DNA of 64,000 nt, taken from NCBI GenBank assembly GCA_965248355.1, contig OZ252098.1:4224001-4288000 (forward strand), in the 5' to 3' direction. Position numbers and translations under genes: made by a program. The DNA is from Candidatus Latescibacterota bacterium. Lineage in GTDB: Bacteria > Latescibacterota > UBA2968 > UBA8231. Within the stretch, counting starts at the first letter, position 1. Each line of letters opens with the position of its first letter. The notes beneath the pieces were generated by a model, which saw only the letters and a list, made by a program, of their open reading frames with translations, searched no databases and had not been told where the DNA came from. Below are positions 10,160-19,914 of the stretch, piece after piece.

Positions 10160-11316
10160 GGGTAAGCATCTGGGACAAAGAACCCTTGCTTGAAATTTCG
10201 CCTGCGGCCTTGTCTGCCTACGCTCGTTCTGCGGGTTGGAGAAGGACGGACAGCTATGGCAACTCGTCAGATGTTTATGTATCTGAGGAGCGACCAGAGA
10301 TCATCTTGCCTCGGACCCAACGGTTGGGTGATTACGCCAATGTTGTATCTCAATTGATCGAGATATTCGCGGAGGCGGCCGATACCGACGAGCTTTCGCT
10401 CTATCGCGACTTGGTTACAGCGGATCGGGATGTAATTCGCGTGCGAGCCTCGGAAGACAACGATGGCGCGGTTCGAATAAGCGATGGGATCGACCTTGTG
10501 TGCGGAGCGCACGATATGGTCTTGGCTGCAGTCTGTTCGCTAGGTGCACCGCGACCCGTATATCGCGCGGGTGCCAATAAGGAGGCCATGGACTATGTGG
10601 GCAATATCCGCATGGGGCAGACCGAGCAGGGCAGCTTCGTGGTCACTCTGTTGACCCCTGTTGTTTGTCCGCCCATGCAAGAGGTCCTCTGGTCAGACGT
10701 GGCGCGGAACGACGATCCAATTGAGCGGCAGATGACAAAGCGTCTAGCTTCTGCTCTGCGAGCTACCCGGGAAGCGGCTGAAAGAGTGGTGGGGGGGGAC
10801 GCCGACGCGTTCTCGGAGGCCGTGGAAAGGGGCGCAAGCGCCAATTTGTGCGAAGCGCTGGTGAGGTTGATCGAGCCATTTCCAACATTGGATGTCAGTC
10901 TGACGTGGGCCCGAACGCATCCGATGAACAGGGTCCGGGATGTAGTTCGCTTTGGCAAGGGAGACGCTCCGATTCTGCGTGAGGCCGCGCGGCTGTTTCG
11001 TGATCGGAGTCCGCGAGCGGATGTCCATGTCGTTGGCTTTGTGCACAGGCTGAAGCGGGAGGAGGGGGAAGTGGATGGGAGTATCACCTTGCGAGCATAC
11101 ATTGACGGCGAGCAGGGACAGGAGTTGTCAGTTTCGGCCGTCTTGTCCCAAGAAGACTACGAGCGCGCCATCCAGGCACACAAGGAAAGGGCGCTGGTTG
11201 TCGCACAGGGTGACCTGGAGAGATACGGTCAGCGCTGGAGGCTGCTCAATCCTCGCATTGAGGCCCTTGTCCCTGTGCCAGAAGAGACAGAAGAGACAGC
11301 GGAGGAAGAAGATTAG
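10156..11316 (+). CDS. Uncharacterised partner of DUF4365 protein (HicA-like N-terminus, possible OB-fold C-terminus)
   Basis: 386-aa ORF whose ATGA overlaps the upstream stop. Contains GQTEQGSFVV, GASANLCEAL and DYERAIQAH motifs. Confidence 0.75.
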   Translation: MRVSIWDKEPLLEISPAALSAYARSAGWRRTDSYGNSSDVYVSEERPEIILPRTQRLGDYANVVSQLIEIFAEAADTDELSLYRDLVTADRDVIRVRASEDNDGAVRISDGIDLVCGAHDMVLAAVCSLGAPRPVYRAGANKEAMDYVGNIRMGQTEQGSFVVTLLTPVVCPPMQEVLWSDVARNDDPIERQMTKRLASALRATREAAERVVGGDADAFSEAVERGASANLCEALVRLIEPFPTLDVSLTWARTHPMNRVRDVVRFGKGDAPILREAARLFRDRSPRADVHVVGFVHRLKREEGEVDGSITLRAYIDGEQGQELSVSAVLSQEDYERAIQAHKERALVVAQGDLERYGQRWRLLNPRIEALVPVPEETEETAEEED

Positions 11317-11431
11317 TGATCGATCCCATCCCTTCGTTGCCATTTTCGATTGAGGCTCCCTGACGTTCGCTGTTTTGGACTGAGGGCGTCAGTGCGCCAA
11401 GGAGCCCGGGAGTCAGCCAGCCCTGGGCACT

Positions 11432-11540
11432 GTCTTCAGCGACATCGTCGATCTCATGCAGGGCGTCTCCGAAGGAGATCGTCCGGCGTCAGTTAATGCA
11501 GTTCAAGCTCGTGCATCCGGAGTACGAGGAAGGTGAGGGC
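11432..11540 (+). pseudogene. Probable C-terminal relic of a monofunctional catalase
   Basis: VFSDIVDLMQGV, then +1 frameshift, then PKEIVRRQLMQFKLVHPEYEEG, resembling the catalase C-terminal helical domain. Confidence 0.45.
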
Positions 11541-11638
11541 CATGTCGCCGCGCGGGCATGGTCGTCACCTGAAGCACATCGGTTGTAAGGCTGATAACCC
11601 CGCGTTCGGGATGGTTCCACGGAGCGCGGGGTTTCGCA

Positions 11639-12994
11639 TTGTGGCCGAAACCGGAGGAGCCCGGCGTGATTATCGTCGAGGGATACACCGATCAGCTGAG
11701 CTACCAGGCGGGCGACACAGTGCGCTTCCACGTGTCCACCAGCGCGCAGGCGTATGCGCTGGAAGTGGCGCGGACAGGTGCCGGCCGCGAGGTCGTATGG
11801 CGGCAGGACCTGCCCGGAGCGAACCATCCGGTCCCTGAAGACGCCTCCTCCCATGGCTGCCGCTGGCCGGTCTCCCACTCCCTGGAAGTGCCGGCCGCCT
11901 GGCGCAGCGGCTACTACGAGTTCGCCCTGCGCGCCGAGGACGAGGGCGGCAAGTTCGTGCGCCGCGGGCGGCGCACGGCCGAGAGCCGGGGCTTCTTCAT
12001 CGTCCGTCCCTCGGGCCCCACCGACGCCCGCATCCTCCTCCAGCTGGCTACCAATACCTACAGCGCCTACAACAACTGGGGCGGGTACAGCCTCTACGCC
12101 TATCACGGCCGCGGCGGGCTGCAGGGGCATCGGGTCTCCTTCGACCGGCCGCTGGCCGGGCTCTTCGACCGCTGGGAGCGGGACTTCGTCGAGTGGGCGG
12201 AGGCCGCCGGATACGTCCTCGACTACTGCGCCAACTCCGATCTCGAACGCCACCCCGAGCTGCTGAACGACTACCGCCTCGTGCTCAGCGTGGGGCACGA
12301 CGAGTACTGGTCCGGACCCATGCGCGATCACCTCGAGGCCTACATCGCCGCCGGGGGCAACGCCGCCTTCTTCAGCGGCAACTCCGTGTGCTGGCAGGTG
12401 CGCGGCGAGGACGAGGGCCGCGCCCTCGTGTGCTGGAAGCAGCAGTTCAACATGGATCCGGCCTGGGCCGCCGGGGACCACGCGAGCCTGTCAACCCTGT
12501 GGAGTCACCACCTCGTGGGCCGGCCGGAGAACGAGCTGACCGGGGTCGGCTTCCTCTACGGCGGGTATCACCTGAGCCACGAGCAGTACATGGACGGGTC
12601 CGGGGCGTTCACCGTCCATCGCCCGGAGCACTGGGTCCTGGCGGGCACGGGCCTGCGGCGCGGCGACAGCTTCGGCGGCGAGCACACCATCGTCGGCTAT
12701 GAGTGCGACGGCTGCGAGTACGTGATGGAAGACGGCCTGCCGGTGCCCAGGGGGACCCATGGCACGCCGGCGGACTTCACCATCCTGTGCACGGCGCCGG
12801 CTCGGTGGCACCCCGACGACAGCGAGTGGTACGAGCGCTGGGAGAAGGGCCGGGAGGGGGCCGCGGTCATGGGCCTGTACACCCGGGGCGGCATTGTCTT
12901 CACCGCCGGGACGACCGACTGGTCCCACGGCCTCAAGGGTGACGAGGCCGTCGCCCGGATCACCCGCAATGTCCTGGATCGGTTGAGCCGGTAG
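11639..12994 (+). CDS. N,N-dimethylformamidase beta-subunit family protein
   Basis: EGYTDQLSY, WRSGYY, TYSAYNNWGGYSLY, VSFDRP, SVGHDEYWS, FFSGN, VGYECD and VFTAGTTDW motifs. Confidence 0.88.
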   Translation: MWPKPEEPGVIIVEGYTDQLSYQAGDTVRFHVSTSAQAYALEVARTGAGREVVWRQDLPGANHPVPEDASSHGCRWPVSHSLEVPAAWRSGYYEFALRAEDEGGKFVRRGRRTAESRGFFIVRPSGPTDARILLQLATNTYSAYNNWGGYSLYAYHGRGGLQGHRVSFDRPLAGLFDRWERDFVEWAEAAGYVLDYCANSDLERHPELLNDYRLVLSVGHDEYWSGPMRDHLEAYIAAGGNAAFFSGNSVCWQVRGEDEGRALVCWKQQFNMDPAWAAGDHASLSTLWSHHLVGRPENELTGVGFLYGGYHLSHEQYMDGSGAFTVHRPEHWVLAGTGLRRGDSFGGEHTIVGYECDGCEYVMEDGLPVPRGTHGTPADFTILCTAPARWHPDDSEWYERWEKGREGAAVMGLYTRGGIVFTAGTTDWSHGLKGDEAVARITRNVLDRLSR

Positions 12995-13031
12995 TGGGCG
13001 GGACTCCTACGGCCGTTACGGTCTGACGGTT

Positions 13032-13751
13032 CTACAGCAGGTCCCGGGAACGGAACCGCCACAGCGCCAGCAGCAGGAAGATGACGGTAACATCCAGTGC
13101 GTAGAGAGTGAGGATGAGGAGATCCTCCAGGGGGATCGGCCGATTCTGCAGGAGGTCGACACCAAAGCGGTCGTAGCTCGGAAGGATGAAGTAGAGGGGG
13201 TTGGGCGGTGAGAACAGGCGGGCGCTGGCGAGGAAGGCGGCCACTCCGGCGAGGGCTGGATGCATCAGGAGGGAGAGCAGCAGGGCCGCGGAGCCCAGCA
13301 TGAGGTTCTCGCAGAACATCAGCCAGGGAGCACATGCGGCGGCCAGTGTCGGATTCTCACCACGACCGAGCGTGTAGATCACGAAGGCGATTCCCGCCGC
13401 CAGGGAATAGGCGAAGATCGCCGCTGCGGCGGCGCAGAACTTCCCCAGAAGGAACTGGGACCGGGACACGGGACCGGAGAGGATCTGTCGGATGGTGCCC
13501 CGGCGGATGTCGGCGGCCACGGCGGAGCAGCAGATCAGCAGGGTGACCAGGTTGCCGACGTGGGTTGTGAGCGCGCTGAGCGCCGCCAGGATGATGGTTT
13601 CCACATCGAACGTGGACGGATCCGTCGGAGTGAGGGCCACCGAGAAGAGCGAGGCCAGTACCGGCAGGCCGAGGAGGAGAGCCAGGAGCAGGCGATTGTG
13701 CGCCACCAGGGCGCGAAGGCTGTCGCCGGCGATCCTGAGGATGGGGCTCAC
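13032..13751 (-). CDS. ABC-2 type transporter permease
   Basis: Multiple TM segments and DIRRGTIRQILSGPVSRSQFLLGKF motif. Confidence 0.82.
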   Translation of the reverse strand: MSPILRIAGDSLRALVAHNRLLLALLLGLPVLASLFSVALTPTDPSTFDVETIILAALSALTTHVGNLVTLLICCSAVAADIRRGTIRQILSGPVSRSQFLLGKFCAAAAAIFAYSLAAGIAFVIYTLGRGENPTLAAACAPWLMFCENLMLGSAALLLSLLMHPALAGVAAFLASARLFSPPNPLYFILPSYDRFGVDLLQNRPIPLEDLLILTLYALDVTVIFLLLALWRFRSRDLL

Positions 13752-14331
13752 TGCCTCTCCTGCGACAGGGCCTCCTGCGGCGGGGCCTCCTGGGTCAGGC
13801 GCTCCAGCAGCCGGCGCAGATCATGCTTCATGCCCGGACTGTAACCGACCTGGATCGACTCCAGGAGGCCCTCCCGGTTCACCACTACCTGGGCGGGAAT
13901 GCCGCTGACTCCGAAGAGACCGCCGATGGCCAGGTCCTGATCCGCCACGACGGGGAAGGTGTACCCGTTCTCTTCCAGGAAGCCCTGGATCTGCTCGCGG
14001 CCCTCCCCCAGGTTGACGGCCAGGACCTCCACGCCCCGTCCGCTGAACTCCTCGTAGACCTCCTGCAACCCCGGCATGGCCAGCAGGCAGGGCCCGCACC
14101 AGGTGGCCCAGAAGTCCACCACCACCACCTTGTGGTCGAGGAGCTCCGAGAGGGTGACCTGACGGCCCTGCAGGTCGGTGGCGCTGAAGTCGGGCGACTC
14201 GCTTCCCACCTCGAGGTTGCCGAGCCGGCCGGCCATCGCCGATCCGGCGCCGACTCCCTCGATCTTGACCTGGTGGTGGATCGCCACGCTGCCGATGGCG
14301 AAGAGAATCCCGACCACGATCCACATCATGG
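13748..14331 (-). CDS. TlpA/ResA family thiol-disulfide oxidoreductase
   Basis: N-terminal membrane anchor, PDFSATDLQG and VDFWATWCGPC. Start is approximate. Confidence 0.88.
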
Positions 14332-14344
14332 TTCTGCCATTCCC

Positions 14345-15301
14345 CTTCCCTGCCATCCGAGGCGCACCTCGTAGGGGTTGTTCTCCACGTCCATGTCCTG
14401 GCCGTAGGAGAGGATTCCCGCCTCCAGCCGGCGGATGTGGCTCGGCGCGATGACGCCCAGGTTGAACTCCCGCCCCTGCTCCAGGATGCACGGCCAGACG
14501 TCATCGGCGTGGAGCATGGCGTCGTGGAGGTAGATCTCGAACCCCACCACGCGCAGCAGCACCGGGTCGTTGATCAGGCCGCCGTACTGGTTGCAGAGGA
14601 TCACGTAGCGGGCCTGCATGGGCCTCAGCAGGCTGTGGCCTTCGGGGTCGTACAGAGGCTCCTCTGCAACCGTCGCCGCCAGGCGCTCCCCGAAGTATAG
14701 CACCTCGACCCTCGTCCCGACCCTGGTGTACGGGACCGGCAGGTAGCCGTAGACGATGCTGCGGCCGATGCAGGTCCCGCGGGCTGGCGAGTTGCTGGCG
14801 CGGATGGATGATGTCGTAGACCTCGCGGTACTGCTGCGCCGCCCGGGCCCGCACGTAGGGGCGCGTGTACGAGTGAGGGTGGAAGCGCCGGATGTCGCAC
14901 TCCCGCAGGTCGAGGGTCGGTTCGCCGTTGACCAGCCACTCCCCCACCTGGCGGAAGTACATGGCCTCGTCCTGGTGGCGCAGGATCGGCTGGGTGATCT
15001 CCCCGTCCGCGCCGGCCAGCTCCGGGAGCGGTGTCGTGACGGCATAGAGGTGCTGCATCGGCGACAGCGGAATGGGGACTCCGGCCAGCCCGCCCAGCTT
15101 GGGAGCCCAGATCCCGGCGGCGGCCACCACGACCTCCGTCCGGATCTCTCCATGATTGGTATGGACAGCGGTGATCCGCCCGCCGGCGATGTCGAAGCCG
15201 GTGATCTTCACGCCGCCGTGGAAGGTGGCACCGCTGCGCTCGGCCTGCCGGGCCATCGCCTCGGCCGGGCTGAGCAGATGGGCCTCGAGGCCCCAGCTCA
15301 T
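14345..15301 (-). pseudogene. Mosaic relic of a dimethylglycine/sarcosine dehydrogenase-like gene fused to fragments of a GcvT/DmdA-like aminomethyltransferase
   Basis: Disjoint fragments VVVAAAGIWA...MQHLY...LRHQD...YFRQ, EWLVNGEP...DIRRF...YDIIHP, YGYLP...EEPLYDP, GGLINDPVLLR and GFEIYL...RRLEAGILSYGQDMD. Confidence 0.8.
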
Positions 15302-15496
15302 GGCGTACCCGGCCCGGGAGGGGGGTGGACATTCCCGGATCTCCAGATCAATCGGAGGCTTGTTCGAGTCCGGTGTTGCTTTACGAGCGGCACCGGGCTT
15401 TTCATACGCCTGAACACCTCGCCCTGAATACTATGGGTCGGGGTCTGGCAGCGCGACGGGACTCAAGATTCCAGGCCGAGCCAAACAGGAGACGAA

Positions 15497-16423
15497 ATGC
15501 ACCCTTCAATTCGCAGGTCCCGCTTGACCCCCTTCCTCGGCGTCGCTCTCAGTGTCGCTCTTGTGCCTCGAGCCGCCGATGCGGGAGCCTGGACGCTTGG
15601 AAAGGGCAATATGTGGAGCAAAATCACCTTCATGACCCAAGCGACCGATCAGCACTATGACGGCGAGGGAAATGCGGTCGAAATACCCTGGGATGCCCGC
15701 TACCAGTCCCGGCAGGTCTATCTCGACCTGTTCTACGGCGTGAAGGACGGCGTGGATGTCGGCCTGCAGGTCCCGTTTGTCAGCAGCAAGTTCGTCGACA
15801 GGGATGAAGGCAATGATGTAGGGACCCCTCCGCCGGCTCTTGAAACCGAATCGGGTCTGGGAGACCTGCGCGGATACGCCAAGATCAAGCTTCTGGACCA
15901 ATCCCAACTCGTCGGCACCCTGAAACTGGGATTCAAGACCCCGTTAGGGGAGTATCGGCCCGTGCCCGAGGCTCTTTCCGTCACCGATGGTCAATGGGAT
16001 CTTGAGGTTGTGGGGCAGATCGGCCGCTCCTTCTGGCCTACCCCCGTATACGCGAATCTCGACCTCGGGTATCGAATGCGCGGTGAATACAAGGACACCG
16101 ACGACATGGAACCCGACCGCAGCTATACTCCCGGCGCAGAGTTGGTTTTCGGCGCCGAGGCAGGCTACAGCCCCCTGGACAGGCTCGTCGTTGCCCTCAA
16201 GTTCGAAGGCCTTTCGGGAGCGGAGTACGATGCCTTGAGCAACCCGGGTGAGCCGGAGACGCTCAGCCAGAGCGTGACCAACCTCGTTCCTACGGTACTG
16301 GTCGACCAGAATCCCAAGCTGAGTCTCGAGGCCTCGGCGCGCCTGACCACCAGCGGCAACAGGTACTTCGCCGGGCCTACCTGGTAGCTCGGGCTCTCCT
16401 ACACGGGAAGCCTGGTCGAGTAG
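15497..16423 (+). pseudogene. Outer-membrane beta-barrel (MetA/phenol-degradation-like transporter) with in-frame TAG at 16385-16387
   Basis: Signal peptide (ADA/GAWT), SGLGDL, GFKTPLG and alternating beta strands. The frame continues after the TAG as LGLSYTGSLVE to TAG at 16421-16423. Confidence 0.65.
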
Positions 16424-16448
16424 CTGCTTCACCAGGCATCAGGCTCAC

Positions 16449-17603
16449 ATGACAAGCCCATGGGACCGCAGCAAGGACGAGATCCTCGCCACCCTGCAGG
16501 ACGTGGTGGCCATCGAGAGCGTGAACCCCTCGCTGCCCGGGGGCCGGGCCGGGGAGGGGGGGATGGTGGAGTACCTCTCCGCCTTCTTCGAGGGCCTCGG
16601 ACTGCCCGTGGAGTTGTCGGAGGCGCTGCCGGGACGCCACAACCTCGTGGCCAGGCTGGAGGGGGAGGATCCGAACCGCGCCGTGCTTTTCGAGTGCCAC
16701 ATGGACACGGCCTCCGTCGAGGTAATGTCGATTCCGCCCTTCGAGCCGCACATCCGCGACGGGCTAATGTACGGACGGGGTTCGGCCGACACCAAGGCCG
16801 GGGGGGTGGCGATGATGCACGCCATGAAGCGCCTCGTGGAGGCGGGGGTGAAGCCGCCGCGGACGATCCTCTACGCCGGCTCCGTGGACGAGGAGTACCT
16901 CATGCGGGGGGCCCGCCATCTCGCCCCCCGGATCGAGGTCGAAGCCGCCGTCATCGCCGAGCCGACGGACCTGGCCGTGATCCGCGGCCACAAGGGGGTG
17001 GTCCGCTTCCACGTCGCCGTCGAGGGGAAGGCCGCCCACAGCTCCAAGCCGTGGCTGGGGGTCAACGCCATCTCCGGGATGGCGCGGCTGGTGACCCGCA
17101 TCGAGGATGTGGTCGGCGCCGACTACGCCTCCCGGGAGGATCCCCTCCTCGGCCATCCGACCATGAACATCGGCGTCATCGAGGGCGGCATGCAGGTCAA
17201 CTTCGTGCCCGACCGCTGCAGGATCGACGTCGACGTGCGCACCATCCCGGGGCAGACGGCCGACGAGGTGACGGCGCAGTTCGCCGCCGTCATCGCCGAG
17301 GAGAAGGGGGTCGACGCCGTGCTCGAGGATCCCTACATCACCCTGACCGCCGTCGGCACCGGCGAGGAGGCGGAGATCGTCCAGAGCGCCGCCGCCGCCT
17401 GCCGCGAGGTCCTGGGAGAGGCGGTGATCGGCGGCGTGCCCTATGGCACGGACGGCAGTCCCTTCGCCGACCGCGGGGTGCCGACGATCATCCTGGGCCC
17501 CGGCAGCATCGACCAGGCCCACGGCGCCGTGGAGTGGATCGAGTGCCGGCAGGTGACTCAGGCGGTGGACGTGTACCAGCGGATCATGCTGAGCCCGGGG
17601 TGA
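16449..17603 (+). CDS. M20 family metallopeptidase (ArgE/DapE-like deacylase)
   Basis: ECHMDT, YGRGSADTKAG, VDEE, AEPT, GKAAHSS, NFVPDRC, GPGSIDQAH motifs. Confidence 0.92.
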   Translation: MTSPWDRSKDEILATLQDVVAIESVNPSLPGGRAGEGGMVEYLSAFFEGLGLPVELSEALPGRHNLVARLEGEDPNRAVLFECHMDTASVEVMSIPPFEPHIRDGLMYGRGSADTKAGGVAMMHAMKRLVEAGVKPPRTILYAGSVDEEYLMRGARHLAPRIEVEAAVIAEPTDLAVIRGHKGVVRFHVAVEGKAAHSSKPWLGVNAISGMARLVTRIEDVVGADYASREDPLLGHPTMNIGVIEGGMQVNFVPDRCRIDVDVRTIPGQTADEVTAQFAAVIAEEKGVDAVLEDPYITLTAVGTGEEAEIVQSAAAACREVLGEAVIGGVPYGTDGSPFADRGVPTIILGPGSIDQAHGAVEWIECRQVTQAVDVYQRIMLSPG

Positions 17604-18696
17604 CCCTCTTGCGGCGCAGGGTCCGCTCGGCGAGCAGCTCCGGGTCGGGGGCCGGCAGGCCGCCCGTGAAGGGCTTGAAGGCGCAGCCCTCGGCCAGCTC
17701 CAGGGCCGGCTCCGACAGGTCCCGCCGGTAGAAGCGGGACGAGGGGAACAGGTCCCCCGGGTAGGTGAAGTTCTCCAGCGTCGCCAGCTCCACGCAGATC
17801 GCGCCCCCGAGGGCGCTCTCCAGCATGCCCCCTACCCACACGGGGATGCCGTCGTCCCGGGCCATGTCGTGCACGACCAGGGCGTTGCCCAGGCCGCCGA
17901 TGCGGCCCGGCTTGATGTTGATGTAGCGGCAGGCTCCGACTCGGAGCGCCTGCTCGGCGGAGCGGATGTCGACGATGCTCTCGTCGAGGCAGATGGGGGT
18001 CTCGATCCGCCCGGCCAGCTCGGCGTGATCGAGCAGGTCGTTGTAGTGGAGGGGCTGCTCGATGAAGGCCAGCCCCAGGCCGTCGATGGCCTGGAAGAAG
18101 GGCAGGTCGTCGAGGCTGTACCCGGAGTTGCAGTCGATGTGGAAGGTCGTCTCCGGGAAGGTTCCGGTGACGACTTGCAGCATCTCCAGGTCCCAGCCCC
18201 GCGCCACTTTCAGCTTGACCCGCGGGAAGCCGGCGTCGACGGCCTTCTGGATGTTCCCGAGGAGCATGTCGTACGAGTCCTGGATGCCGAAGTCGGCCCC
18301 GGCCGGCACGTCGCGGGTCCGTCCGCCCAGCAGCCGGTGCAGGGGCGTCCCGGTGATGCGGCTCTGCAGCGTCCACCAGCCGATCTCGATGGCCGCCTTG
18401 GCGAAGCTGTTGCCCTTGAAGATCGCCAGCCGCTCGTTGAGCTCGGCCGCGGTGTCGTACTCGCGCCCGGCCACCCAGGGGCCCATGACCTCCGACACGT
18501 GGTAGAAGACCGAGCCGGCGCTCTCGTTGAGATAGGTGGGCGCGAAGAAGGGGGTGCTCTCCGACCAGGCCACGTGCCCGCCGCTGGTGAAGCGGACGAG
18601 GACGGAGTGGATGTCGGCGTCCTCGCCGTAGGCCGTGCGCCAGGGATAGATCAGCGGCATGACCACGTAGTGGACGTCGAGCTCGTCGATCCGCAT
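17584..18696 (-). CDS. menC: o-Succinylbenzoate synthase / N-acylamino acid racemase (NSAR/OSBS subfamily)
   Basis: KLK, IDCNSGY, IEQPL, ICLDES, NIKPGRIGG, WVGGMLES and PGDLFPSSRFY motifs. Confidence 0.8.
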   Translation of the reverse strand: MRIDELDVHYVVMPLIYPWRTAYGEDADIHSVLVRFTSGGHVAWSESTPFFAPTYLNESAGSVFYHVSEVMGPWVAGREYDTAAELNERLAIFKGNSFAKAAIEIGWWTLQSRITGTPLHRLLGGRTRDVPAGADFGIQDSYDMLLGNIQKAVDAGFPRVKLKVARGWDLEMLQVVTGTFPETTFHIDCNSGYSLDDLPFFQAIDGLGLAFIEQPLHYNDLLDHAELAGRIETPICLDESIVDIRSAEQALRVGACRYINIKPGRIGGLGNALVVHDMARDDGIPVWVGGMLESALGGAICVELATLENFTYPGDLFPSSRFYRRDLSEPALELAEGCAFKPFTGGLPAPDPELLAERTLRRKRVTPGSA

Positions 18697-18700
18697 CAGC

Positions 18701-19753
18701 TCACGCCCGCTTCAGAGTCCTGCCGGTGTACCGCAGGATTTCATGTCCGGGAGGATGGTAGAAGCACCCCACCTCCTTCACGACTTCGCCTTTGCGCCGC
18801 ATGCATTCCCCTTCCGGGAGAGTGAGAACGATGTCCTCGACATCGTGCGGTCCAATGCGCCAGTGGCCGCACACGGCTCCGCTCAACTCTCCGTCGATGA
18901 GCAGGTAAGCGAGCACTTCCAGCCCTTCGAAGCGCTCCTTGAGTTCGACTGTATGGGGGATGACGAGAGGATCTCCCCGGTGAAGCATGAATACGCCTGC
19001 GTCCATTGGAGCCGGGTCCAGGTTGCGGTCTTCAACGCAGGTCCATCCCTCTCCCAGGCCTTCCACCCGAACGGGTGAGAGCCCTTCCTTTTCGAACCGG
19101 GTCAGAACCGTCGTCAGCCCTCGTTTGGTGAATCCCGACCAGCTCTTCAGCTCCTCGAAGGTGGCGAACACGTGGCTATGAAGAAAGCGTCTGATCACAG
19201 TCGTGGCCGCTTCCTCCCACGACAGACGACCCAGGTCAACCTCCGGAAGCGCCGAATCCAGCAGGGACCAGAGCCGGTCCCAACCCCCATCGCTCTGATC
19301 TTCGAACACCAGGAACGCCTCCTGCAGGCGATGCAGCGCCGGCATCAGCTTCTTGTGCTGAATCTCCATCTCCTGCCGCAGCTGGCGCGGGGACAGTCCG
19401 TCGTGGTAGCTCAAGACCTGAAGGACTCGATCCTGTACGCTGTTGAGGGCTTTCAGCGGCCGGCGCAAGGCCGTGGCGTAGAGCTCGAAATCCGCGGCCA
19501 GCACATAGCCGATCCTGCCGCCGGAGAACCGGCCTTTCAGCAGGTCCTGACGGGCCCGCAATCCGTCGGCCAGAACCTGGTCGTCCCCGAGGCAGCGGTG
19601 CATGAGCCGGGGAGGCGCGCCCGGCATGTCCCGGGCTACGGGAGTCACGGGCTGCAGTCTCCTGACCAGCTCGAGGTATTCCCCCTCGTCGCGGGCAGGC
19701 GATAACAGCCCGTGGCGCCTGAGGCGGTGGGCGAGGATGGATTCCTTTCTCAT
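18701..19753 (-). CDS. AlkZ/YcaQ-like winged-helix DNA glycosylase family protein
   Basis: LLKGRFSGGRIGYV, RRFLHSHVFATFEELKSWSG and LIDGELSGAVCGHW motifs. Start set at ATG 19753. Confidence 0.6.
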   Translation of the reverse strand: MRKESILAHRLRRHGLLSPARDEGEYLELVRRLQPVTPVARDMPGAPPRLMHRCLGDDQVLADGLRARQDLLKGRFSGGRIGYVLAADFELYATALRRPLKALNSVQDRVLQVLSYHDGLSPRQLRQEMEIQHKKLMPALHRLQEAFLVFEDQSDGGWDRLWSLLDSALPEVDLGRLSWEEAATTVIRRFLHSHVFATFEELKSWSGFTKRGLTTVLTRFEKEGLSPVRVEGLGEGWTCVEDRNLDPAPMDAGVFMLHRGDPLVIPHTVELKERFEGLEVLAYLLIDGELSGAVCGHWRIGPHDVEDIVLTLPEGECMRRKGEVVKEVGCFYHPPGHEILRYTGRTLKRA

Positions 19754-19914
19754 TTGCCGGGGACTCAGAGCGGGCCTCTGTACTCGGCCCTGGCTTCTTC
19801 TTGTCTGGTGCGCAACGACCGCTCTCTCGTGCCCGAATATATGCCGGAACAGCCGTAGCGCATCCATCCCCCGCGTCCTATGTTCCCGCGCGCACTTCAC
19901 CGGGAGAATCGATC

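Noticed and set aside
11596..11633. Hairpin AACCCCGCGTTC...GAGCGCGGGGTT as a terminator or riboswitch
   Set aside because: The stem is real, but the U-tract is short, it lies immediately before a start codon, and no aptamer is recognisable
16385..16387. Pyrrolysine or genome-wide TAG recoding
   Set aside because: TAG serves as a normal stop for other genes in the window (for example 8400, 12994, 63597), and no pyl genes are present
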